From Candidatus Nealsonbacteria bacterium (GTDB lineage Bacteria > Patescibacteriota > Minisyncoccia > Minisyncoccales > MHMH01), in assembly GCA_016188865.1 (NCBI GenBank), contig JACPGX010000005.1, positions 114,081-178,080 of the forward strand: a stretch of DNA of 64,000 nt, given 5' to 3'. Made by a program: the position numbers and the translations under genes. Below, piece after piece: positions 1 through 7,711 of this stretch. The notes beneath the pieces were generated by a model. It saw only the letters and a program-made list of their open reading frames with translations. It did no database searches and was not told where the DNA came from. Every line of letters begins with the position of its first letter. The first letter of the stretch is position 1.

Positions 1-565
1 TATAATTCTTTTAGATGAAATAGAAAAAGCCCATCCCAATATTCATAATTTATTTTTGCAAGTTTTAGACGAGGGCTCTTTGACGGATGGTCTGGGCAGA
101 AAGGTTGATTTTAAAAATTCCATTATCATTGCTACTTCTAACGCCGGCTACCAAATAATTCTGAAGGCCCTTGAAGAAAAAGCAGAGTGGGGGACAGTTA
201 AAGCAAATCTTTTGGATTATATTTTTGAAAATGCTATTTTTAGGCCGGAATTTATCAATCGTTTTGATGCAGTGGTAGTTTTTTCGCCCCTATCAAAAGA
301 TCATCTTTTGCAAATTGCCGAATTGATGCTGCGAAAATTAAAAAAGAATTTGGAGGAAAAGGGGATTGAGTTTGTAATTACCGCTCCCCTTAAAGAAAAA
401 ATCGTTGAATTAGGCTACGATGTCACTTTCGGCGCTAGAGAAATGAAAAGAGTGATTCAAGATAGGGTGGAAAATGTTTTGGCTCAAGCCCTGCTCTCAG
501 ATCAATTAAAAAGAGGGGATATGGTTGAGGTGGAGCCCGATGAGTTTAAATTGAAAATTTCATGA
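1..565 (+). CDS. ClpB/ClpC-family AAA+ ATPase, C-terminal part (5' truncated by window edge)
   Basis: Frame open from base 2: ILLDEIEKAHP..LQVLDEG (Walker B), IIIATSNAG, FRPEFINRFD, GAREMKR. Confidence 0.9.
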   Translation, partial: IILLDEIEKAHPNIHNLFLQVLDEGSLTDGLGRKVDFKNSIIIATSNAGYQIILKALEEKAEWGTVKANLLDYIFENAIFRPEFINRFDAVVVFSPLSKDHLLQIAELMLRKLKKNLEEKGIEFVITAPLKEKIVELGYDVTFGAREMKRVIQDRVENVLAQALLSDQLKRGDMVEVEPDEFKLKIS

Positions 566-1785
566 AGTTATCAATAGCTTTAATGGCTATGGCCATTTTT
601 GCCTCTGTTGCCGGAGGAGTTTTTATTTTAAAACAAGAAAAAGAGATAGTTATTGAAAATAATGGGAGTCCGACTCCCATTATTGCGGCGACTTCGACGA
701 TATTAGGAGGTTCGATCTCCGAAACATTAAATCAGGAGGTCGAACCTCAAAACATCTCGACGTCGACAGAAGACGTCATCAAGCAGGTGCAGGCTCTAAT
801 CCTCGAGACTCAAAAATTCATTGAAAAAGAAAATGAGAAAAAAATACTGGTCGAGGAAGCTCGAGAGAAATCCAGCAAGATTAGGGGGATATATGCTGGG
901 ACAGCGAGAAACCAAGGTTATTTTAAGAATTTTCTTTCGGAAACAGATTTGAATGGGGTGGTTATTGATATTAAAGAAAGTTATGGAATTAATCTGCCCA
1001 TATCTTTGCGGAGTTTTATTTCAGAGCTGCATAAAGAAAGCAATTGGGTAATAGCTAGAATTGTGCTTTTTCGCGATTCCTCTTTAATCGAAGAGAAACC
1101 AGAGTGGTATTTATTTGCCACGAGTTCTCCTTGGCGGGACGGCAGCTCGCAATACTGGTTTGATCCCAGCAATAAAGAAGTTCAGGATTATTTGATTGAG
1201 TTTTCAAAGAAAGCGATTGATTACGGCTTTGACGAATTGCAGTTTGATTATATACGCTACCCCGATGATTACACTTATATTCCAGGCGAAGAGAAAGTAA
1301 AAATAATGGGTGAATTTTTTTCTGACATTTCCAAAGCTCTTAAGGAATACAAGCCGTCAATTATTCTTTCTGCCGACCTTTTCGGCTATGTGGCCACTCA
1401 ATTTAACAGTTATGGCACGGGCCAAAGATTATTTGATGCAGGAAAATATTTTGATTATTTGTCTTTCATGCTGTATCCAAGTCATTTTTACGGCGGTTTT
1501 AATTATCAGGAAATTTATTATTCTTATCCAGATGTGGTTGAACATCCTTACGATGTTGTTTATTATTCTATCGCTTCAGCCAGAGATTATCTTGCCTTAT
1601 TCGGTTCGGAAGCAAAAATTCGGCCATGGTTGCAGGATTTTGATTTAGCTATAGATTCCAGCAGGGGAGTATTTTACGATGCGGAAAAAATAGGTTTTGA
1701 AATTGAGGCTAGTCAGAACGCCACCTCTTCCGGCTGGCTTTTGTGGAATCCTTCATATATTTATACTAAAGAAGCCTTAAAATAG
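562..1785 (+). CDS. Putative glycoside hydrolase (DUF4015-like TIM barrel) with N-terminal membrane anchor
   Basis: N-terminal hydrophobic helix; motifs VVIDIKE, GFDELQFDYIRYP, MLYPSH, RPWLQDF, WLLWNP. Confidence 0.75.
   Translation: MKLSIALMAMAIFASVAGGVFILKQEKEIVIENNGSPTPIIAATSTILGGSISETLNQEVEPQNISTSTEDVIKQVQALILETQKFIEKENEKKILVEEAREKSSKIRGIYAGTARNQGYFKNFLSETDLNGVVIDIKESYGINLPISLRSFISELHKESNWVIARIVLFRDSSLIEEKPEWYLFATSSPWRDGSSQYWFDPSNKEVQDYLIEFSKKAIDYGFDELQFDYIRYPDDYTYIPGEEKVKIMGEFFSDISKALKEYKPSIILSADLFGYVATQFNSYGTGQRLFDAGKYFDYLSFMLYPSHFYGGFNYQEIYYSYPDVVEHPYDVVYYSIASARDYLALFGSEAKIRPWLQDFDLAIDSSRGVFYDAEKIGFEIEASQNATSSGWLLWNPSYIYTKEALK
658..684. repeat. Perfect 27-bp palindrome with 3-nt loop inside CDS
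   Basis: AATAATGGGAGT-CCG-ACTCCCATTATT; 26/27 identical to 43986-44012 in pheT. Confidence 0.9.
706..748. repeat. Degenerate GAGGT-NNN-ACCTC palindrome doublet inside CDS
   Basis: GGAGGT-TCG-ATCTCC (706-720) and GAGGT-CGA-ACCTC (736-748), preceded by GATATT as in other copies. Confidence 0.7.
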
Positions 1786-1799
1786 CTCTATTGTGAACA

Positions 1800-1960
1800 A
1801 GGTGTGGAAAAGTGGGCCATAAAACGGGCCTTTTTCGCGTTTTTGGGCTATTTTTAGTGGTTTTAAGTGGGTTGACTAGGTTGCATAAGTGGGCAATAAT
1901 GGAAGTGTAGTGGATAATTGTGGATAACTATGGGGATAACCAAGAAAACGGTGGATAAGT
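1800..1960 (+). promoter_or_regulatory. mraZ upstream region with ~10-bp periodic (G/A)TGG boxes and DnaA-box-like 9-mers
   Basis: GTGG/ATGG at 1857, 1867, 1889, 1899, 1910, 1920, 1930; exact TGTGGATAA at 1919-1927. Confidence 0.6.
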
Positions 1961-1969
1961 GAACGGACG

Positions 1970-2028
1970 GATATTGAGGAGGTTCGACCTCCCGTCATAT
2001 CTGTCGGGAGGTCGAACCTCCAGATATC
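1970..2028. repeat. REP-doublet (REPIN-like) element
   Basis: GGAGGT-TCG-ACCTCC + 14-nt spacer + GGAGGT-CGA-ACCTCC; sister copy at 12264-12325. Confidence 0.85.
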
Positions 2029-2029
2029 T

Positions 2030-2461
2030 ATGCTCATCGGAGAATACAAACATACAATTGATAGCAAAAAAAGATTAGCCGTACCGGCGAAGTTTCGGTC
2101 TGATTTAGGCGAGAGCGCGGTAATCACAAAAGGATTAGAAAATTGTTTAGTGATTTACACTTTACGAGAGTGGGAAAGATTAGCAAAAAAGTTAGAAGAA
2201 TTGCCAAGCTCCCAGGCTGATGCCAGGAATTTTGCAAGAATAATGCTATCGGGGGCTTCCGACGTAGAGCTTGATAAACTTGGCAGAATTTTGATCCCTG
2301 ATTATTTAAAAAATTATGCTTGTTTGAAAAAGAATGTAGCCATCTTGGGCTTATCTAATAAAATAGAAATTTGGGACGGCGATCAATGGGAAGAGCATAA
2401 AAAGAAAACTGAAAACGAAGCGGGTAATATAGCCGAAAGATTGAAAGAGCTTGGCATTTAA
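2030..2461 (+). CDS. mraZ: Division/cell wall cluster transcriptional repressor MraZ
   Basis: GEYKHTIDSKKRLAVPAKFR, DKLGRILIP; first gene of the dcw cluster. Confidence 0.97.
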   Translation: MLIGEYKHTIDSKKRLAVPAKFRSDLGESAVITKGLENCLVIYTLREWERLAKKLEELPSSQADARNFARIMLSGASDVELDKLGRILIPDYLKNYACLKKNVAILGLSNKIEIWDGDQWEEHKKKTENEAGNIAERLKELGI

Positions 2462-2462
2462 T

Positions 2463-3275
2463 ATGCATATCCCGGTTCTTCAAAAAGAAGTTATTGAGTA
2501 TTTAGACCCCAAGCCGAATGAAAATTTTATAGATTGCACGATAGGAGAGGGGGGCCACAGCGCAGCTATTTTGGAAAGAATCGCTCCTCGCGGGAAAGTC
2601 TTGGGGATTGATCGGCAGTTGCGCTTAAAACAAAAAGAAAGATTGATTTTAGCGGAGGATAATTTTGCAAATTTAAAAAATATTATTGAGCAGTACAAAT
2701 TTCATCCAGTGAACGGAATTCTTTTTGATTTAGGCATGTCGTCCTGGCATTTAGAAGAATCTGGCAGAGGATTTTCTTTCAAGAAAAAAGAACCCCTCGA
2801 CATGAGATACGACCCTAAGGAAGGGCTTACTGCTCAAAAAATTATTAATTATTGGTCAAAAGCGGAAATAGAAAGAATTTTACGCGAATACGGCGAAGAA
2901 CGCCGAGCTAGCCAAATTGCAGAAAGAATAATTGAAACTAGGAAGGTGAGATCAATTGAAAATACCCCACAATTGAGAGCTATTATCGAAGGGGCGAGAG
3001 GAAATTTGGCACAAACCTTCCAAGCTTTAAGAGTTGCCGTCAATGATGAGCTGAATAATTTGGATAAAGCGCTGCCCCAGGCCGTTGAGATTTTAGAACC
3101 GGGCGGCAGATTGGCAGTAATTTCTTTTCATTCCTTGGAAGACAGGATGGTTAAAAATTTTTTTAAGAATCCATCTTTTGAAATATTAACTAAAAAGCCA
3201 GTTACTCCAAGCCGGGCAGAAATAGAAATCAATCCTCGTTCGAGGTCGGCCAAACTAAGAGTAATTAGAAAATAA
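2463..3275 (+). CDS. rsmH: 16S rRNA C1402 N4-methyltransferase RsmH
   Basis: HIPVL, DCTIGEGGHS, DLGMSS, ISFHSLEDR, NPRSRSAKLR. Confidence 0.97.
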   Translation: MHIPVLQKEVIEYLDPKPNENFIDCTIGEGGHSAAILERIAPRGKVLGIDRQLRLKQKERLILAEDNFANLKNIIEQYKFHPVNGILFDLGMSSWHLEESGRGFSFKKKEPLDMRYDPKEGLTAQKIINYWSKAEIERILREYGEERRASQIAERIIETRKVRSIENTPQLRAIIEGARGNLAQTFQALRVAVNDELNNLDKALPQAVEILEPGGRLAVISFHSLEDRMVKNFFKNPSFEILTKKPVTPSRAEIEINPRSRSAKLRVIRK

Positions 3276-3277
3276 CC

Positions 3278-3607
3278 ATGCAAGTTTTGACTCAATCTAT
3301 AGTTTCAGTAGTTTTTCCCAGAATCAACCTGCAGAAAATTTGGGTTGCCTCATTCATTTTAATCACTTCGCTTATTATTTTTTACATTTTTCAAATTAGT
3401 GAAATTGCCAGCAGTACTTTCCACATTTCCAGCTACGAACAAAGCATTGCTCAACTGTCTCAAAATAATAAAGACTTGGAAATTAAGCTTTCCCAGCTGA
3501 ATTACCTGACTAATTTAGAGAGTATTTTGCAAAATTTTAATTACGAGAAAGTCGGCAAGGTGTACTATATTAGAATCATAGATGGCCAGATGGCTGCTAA
3601 GCCTTAA
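3278..3607 (+). CDS. Probable cell division protein FtsL-like (single TM + coiled coil)
   Basis: Position between rsmH and PBP; TM helix followed by heptad-rich segment. Confidence 0.6.
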   Translation: MQVLTQSIVSVVFPRINLQKIWVASFILITSLIIFYIFQISEIASSTFHISSYEQSIAQLSQNNKDLEIKLSQLNYLTNLESILQNFNYEKVGKVYYIRIIDGQMAAKP

Positions 3608-3616
3608 TAATATTTA

Positions 3617-5248
3617 ATGCGCAATTGGCGGATTAATTTAGTCTTAATATTTATTTTTTTATTCGGAGCGGCTATTATCAGCCGCTTAGTTTTTTTGCAA
3701 ATTATTCAAAATGACTTTTATTTGGCTTTGGCAAAAGGACAGCAGAAATTTTTCACAGACAACCGCGGAGAAAGGGGCAGGATTTTCCTTCAAAACCATG
3801 AATTTCCCGTAGCAACAGAAAAGATTAATTATTTTATTTATGCTTCTCCATTAGAAATCGGTCCAGAGGAAAAAGAAAAAATATCTGAAATCTTAAATCA
3901 GACTTTCGGATTGGAGAAGGGACCGGTTTTTAAAAAATTGCAGAATGATTCTCTTTATGAACTGCTTAAAGACAGACTCACGGAAAAAGAAGTGAGTGAT
4001 TTTGACGGTCTTTCCCTAAAAGGCATTTATCTTGGCCAGGAAAAACAGCGAGATTATCCTTATGGCCGTTTTGCATCTCATCTTTTAGGTTTCGTCAACA
4101 AAGACCTGGAGGGACAATACGGCATAGAAGAGTATTGGAATGATTATTTAGCCGGGAAGGAGAAAAGCGGTTCAGACTTGATATTGACAATTGATTATAA
4201 TATTCAGTATTTTGCAGAAAAATTATTGTCTGACGCCAGGAAAAATTTAGATTTTGAAGGAGGGACCATTATTGTAATCAAACCGCAATCCGGAGAGATT
4301 TTAGCTTTAGCGGATTTTCCCAATTTCGATCCAAATAAATATTATGAGCAAAGTAATTTTTTGGTTTTTCAGGCAGATGCCATTCAAAAAATATATGAGC
4401 CGGGTTCTGTTTTTAAGCCAATTACAATGGCCGGCGCTCTAAACGATTCTAAAATTACTCCCTCCACCACTTACCAAGACCCCGGGGTTATTCAAATCGG
4501 CGGCTGGCCTATTTATAATTACGATCAGAGAGTTTATCCGGGCGAGATAACCATGACAGAGGTTTTGGAAAAATCAATCAATACCGGCGCTGTTTTTACA
4601 GAGTCGCAGTTAGGCAATAGCAGATTTTTAGATTATATTGAAAAGTTCGGCATTTTTGATAAAACCGGGATTGATCTCCCGGGAGAAGCCCTTTCTTCCA
4701 ATAAAGAATTTAAAAAAGGATATGAAATCAATTTCGCAACAGCTTCTTTCGGACAAGGCATAGAGATGACCCCCATTCAACTGGCGAGAGCATTTTCTGT
4801 TATTGCTAACGGCGGAAAATTGATTAAGCCATTTATAGTTAAAGAAATTCATAACGATAATAAAATAATTGAAGTTCAGCCGGAAATAAGCGATAATAAT
4901 GTAATTTCTGAAGAAACTTCTTCGAAATTAACTGCTATGCTGACTAGCGTTGTTGAAAATGGTTTTGGCAAGGCAGCCAGAATCCCCGGTTATTATATTG
5001 CCGGCAAAACAGGCACTGCCCAAGTTTCTCTTTCGGCTTTAGGTCTTAATAAAACAGGCTATTCAGAAAAAACTTGGCAGAGCTTTATTGGTTTTGCGCC
5101 GGCTTTTGACCCTAAATTCCTAATTCTGGTAAAATTAAATAATCCAAAAACCAAAACTGCAGAATACTCTGCTGTGCCGATTTTCAGAGAATTAGCAAAA
5201 TATATTATTGATTATTGGCGAATTCCGCCAGATTATGAAAATTTTTAA
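3617..5248 (+). CDS. ftsI: Class B penicillin-binding protein (FtsI/PBP2 family)
   Basis: RGRI, YEPGSVFK (SxxK), SIN (SxN), GKTGTAQ. Confidence 0.9.
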   Translation: MRNWRINLVLIFIFLFGAAIISRLVFLQIIQNDFYLALAKGQQKFFTDNRGERGRIFLQNHEFPVATEKINYFIYASPLEIGPEEKEKISEILNQTFGLEKGPVFKKLQNDSLYELLKDRLTEKEVSDFDGLSLKGIYLGQEKQRDYPYGRFASHLLGFVNKDLEGQYGIEEYWNDYLAGKEKSGSDLILTIDYNIQYFAEKLLSDARKNLDFEGGTIIVIKPQSGEILALADFPNFDPNKYYEQSNFLVFQADAIQKIYEPGSVFKPITMAGALNDSKITPSTTYQDPGVIQIGGWPIYNYDQRVYPGEITMTEVLEKSINTGAVFTESQLGNSRFLDYIEKFGIFDKTGIDLPGEALSSNKEFKKGYEINFATASFGQGIEMTPIQLARAFSVIANGGKLIKPFIVKEIHNDNKIIEVQPEISDNNVISEETSSKLTAMLTSVVENGFGKAARIPGYYIAGKTGTAQVSLSALGLNKTGYSEKTWQSFIGFAPAFDPKFLILVKLNNPKTKTAEYSAVPIFRELAKYIIDYWRIPPDYENF

Positions 5249-6299
5249 AGAAATTGAATTTTTTTTTCAACGGCCGAAAGTGATTCTTGTAGCCGGCAAT
5301 GGCAAAAAGACAGCCAAAGAAGCGATTTCAAAGGTTCTCAATCGTTATTTTAAAATTGGCAAAGAAATCGTAATTTTAGATACAGACGCTAAAGACGCCG
5401 AACTTTTTTTAAAAAGATCGCGGCTGCCAATTCTGGTGGCAACGCATATTGGGGAATATCACCCAGATCGCGAATTTTTCGCTGGCGAAATGGACCAGGC
5501 GTTGGAAATAGAAAAACTGGCGGAAGCAATTCCGGCGCATGGTTTTTTAGTTTTGAATTTTGACGATGAAACCATCCGGGATATTAAAAATAAAAGCATA
5601 GCCCACCCCTTAACTTTTGGTTTTGGCTCTAGAGCCAATGTTAGCGGCACAGATATCGTGCTTACCCAGTTTCCCAGTTTGGGGACAAACTTCAAAATCA
5701 ATAATGACGGCAATATTGTTCCATGTTGGCTTGAAAATCTTTTCGGGAAAGAGAATATCTATGCGGCCTTAGCGGCTGCAGCTGTCGGCTTAGCTTTGGA
5801 TTTGAATTTGGTGGAAATTTCAGAGGCTCTTAAGGGCTATGGGGGTTTGCTCGGCAGAATGAAGCTCGCCAAGGGTATTAAGAAGTCTTTAATTTTGGAT
5901 GATGCCGAAAGCGCTTCATCTTTATCTATGTTGGAATCGTTGAGAATTTTAAAACAGATTGGAGAGACTTGCCCTGAGCCGTGCCGAAGGGTTGCCGTTT
6001 TGGGCGATATTGTGGGCATTGGTAAATATGCTATTGAAGCGCACGAGGCGCTGGGAGAAGAAATAAAGAATTCAGCTGATTTGCTCGTGACTGTTGGCGA
6101 GAGGGCTAAATTTTTTAGCGAAGGCGCCAAATCCAAGGGAATGGCAGAAGATAAAATTTTTCAATTTAGCGATGTTGTCTCCGCAAGTAAATTTTTGCAA
6201 AGCGAAATTAAAGAAGGCGATCTTATTCTTGTTGACGGTTCCAAGGAAATGAGTATGATTGATATAGTCAAAGAGATAGAAATTGGCCCTATCGTCTAG
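5235..6299 (+). CDS. Divergent MurF-like Mur ligase
   Basis: Degenerate P-loop AGNGKKTAKEAI, LNFDD, GRM, AVLGD, ILVDGS; dcw context. Confidence 0.7.
   Translation: MKIFKEIEFFFQRPKVILVAGNGKKTAKEAISKVLNRYFKIGKEIVILDTDAKDAELFLKRSRLPILVATHIGEYHPDREFFAGEMDQALEIEKLAEAIPAHGFLVLNFDDETIRDIKNKSIAHPLTFGFGSRANVSGTDIVLTQFPSLGTNFKINNDGNIVPCWLENLFGKENIYAALAAAAVGLALDLNLVEISEALKGYGGLLGRMKLAKGIKKSLILDDAESASSLSMLESLRILKQIGETCPEPCRRVAVLGDIVGIGKYAIEAHEALGEEIKNSADLLVTVGERAKFFSEGAKSKGMAEDKIFQFSDVVSASKFLQSEIKEGDLILVDGSKEMSMIDIVKEIEIGPIV
5968..5991 (+). repeat. CTTGCCCTGAG..CGAAGGG repeat inside CDS
   Basis: CTTGCCCTGAGCCGTGCCGAAGGG; relatives at 25251-25273 (reverse) and 56160-56210. Confidence 0.75.
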
Positions 6300-6359
6300 C
6301 CCGGTTCAGGACGCAGGGTTCTCATCCCTGTAACTCGGGTTCAAATCCCGATGGGGCCG
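6285..6359 (+). tRNA. tRNA-Glu(CTC)
   Basis: Acceptor GGCCCTA/TGGGGCC, anticodon arm CAGGG-TTCTCAT-CCCTG, T-arm TCGGG-TTCAAAT-CCCGA. Confidence 0.95.
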
Positions 6360-6433
6360 CAGTTTGACAATAATAGTTTTCAGGTGTAAGATAATTTGTT
6401 CTTTTAAAATAGTTGTTTTTAGGAGGATCGTTG

Positions 6434-7087
6434 ATGGGGAATAAAAATACTGCAGCGTTGTGGTTATTGTATGTTGTAGTTCTTTCGGGTTTTAGTATTT
6501 GGTTTTTTTTAACTGGGGGATTAAATGAACCGACAAGTCAGTTGATTTCCTTCTTCAAAGAAACGAGAGTAAACCGTCAAAGTATTTCTTTGGCTAACCT
6601 AAACGTACTGATCGGTTTTGTATTCATAAATTATTGCGTTTCGTTTGCAGCAATAATTTTTGCGTCGATAATAAAAAAAAGAGGACCCAAAATGCAGCCG
6701 ATAGATGCGTCCCTAAAATTACCTTTTTGGTTAATGAATTTTATTTTACTGGGCGTGGTAACGATGGAAGAAGTAATTTTTAGATGGCTTCCCCTAGGTT
6801 TTTTACTGCCCATTTTCGATACGAGATCCGCACTCTGGATATTAATTATCGTAAGCAGTTTAGCATTTGGTTTAGTCCATATCGGAAACCAAAAACTGTA
6901 TAGGAAGAGTATAATTTTTACTCTTCCTCAAATGCTAGGAGGCATAATCCTTTGCTATGTTTTTCTTGCATTCGGTTTTCTGGGGGCGCTATTAGTGCAT
7001 TTTATTTTTAACGCAATTTTATTCATCCCACTTTGGCTTGCATACCGCGTTGATGGAAATAACCAATCAAATAACCAATTATTGTAA
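6434..7087 (+). CDS. CPBP (CAAX/Abi) family intramembrane metalloprotease
   Basis: EEVIFR, FGLVH, HFIFN motifs; multi-TM; AGGAGG SD upstream. Confidence 0.85.
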   Translation: MGNKNTAALWLLYVVVLSGFSIWFFLTGGLNEPTSQLISFFKETRVNRQSISLANLNVLIGFVFINYCVSFAAIIFASIIKKRGPKMQPIDASLKLPFWLMNFILLGVVTMEEVIFRWLPLGFLLPIFDTRSALWILIIVSSLAFGLVHIGNQKLYRKSIIFTLPQMLGGIILCYVFLAFGFLGALLVHFIFNAILFIPLWLAYRVDGNNQSNNQLL

Positions 7088-7097
7088 TTTAATCCAT

Positions 7098-7124
7098 AAT
7101 GGCGCGCCCGATCGCGCCATTTTT
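7098..7124 (+). terminator. Intrinsic terminator
   Basis: AATGGCGCG..CGCGCCATT stem followed by T-run. Confidence 0.6.
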
Positions 7125-7182
7125 ATTTGACTTTTTGGTGAGACTTGGTATGAGTTTATTAGTACCTTTAGAGGAGAATAAA

Positions 7183-7668
7183 ATGGTTGAACACTCGAAA
7201 ATTTTGATTATCTACGGGTACCATCCCAAAGAAATTTTTGCCATAAGAGTCGGAGAGAGCGTTCTCAAAGAGTTTTTAACTCCTTTCGTAAAAGTTGTGG
7301 AATATGCTGGCAAACAAGACGAGAAGTCTACATGCCATTTAAGACATTTTATTGCTAAATTTGGACCATTGATTTTGCCAATCGTTCTTCACAGTGATGA
7401 AAATTTTGATATTAAAATAGCGGATATTAATGCCAACGCAGTAATCATTTATTATGCCAGATCAATGCAAGAGAAAGAAAAAATACTGAAATTTCTATTT
7501 GATTTCATCTTCAGGTATAACAAAAGCAGAGTGTCGGTTATTTTTGATATTGTTTTAACCCGCAATGCCAAACACAGTTTGGTCGAGATAGAATTTAATC
7601 CAAAAATGGAGCTTAAAAAAGCCGTGAAATTGGTGGAAGATTTTTCCAAATATGTGCCCAATATATAA
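7183..7668 (+). CDS. Hypothetical protein
   Basis: ORF with GAGGAG SD and downstream hairpin; no recognised family. Confidence 0.6.
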   Translation: MVEHSKILIIYGYHPKEIFAIRVGESVLKEFLTPFVKVVEYAGKQDEKSTCHLRHFIAKFGPLILPIVLHSDENFDIKIADINANAVIIYYARSMQEKEKILKFLFDFIFRYNKSRVSVIFDIVLTRNAKHSLVEIEFNPKMELKKAVKLVEDFSKYVPNI

Positions 7669-7711
7669 GCTTTAGCGTTTCGCTAAGGCTTTTTTATGCT
7701 AAAATAAAATA

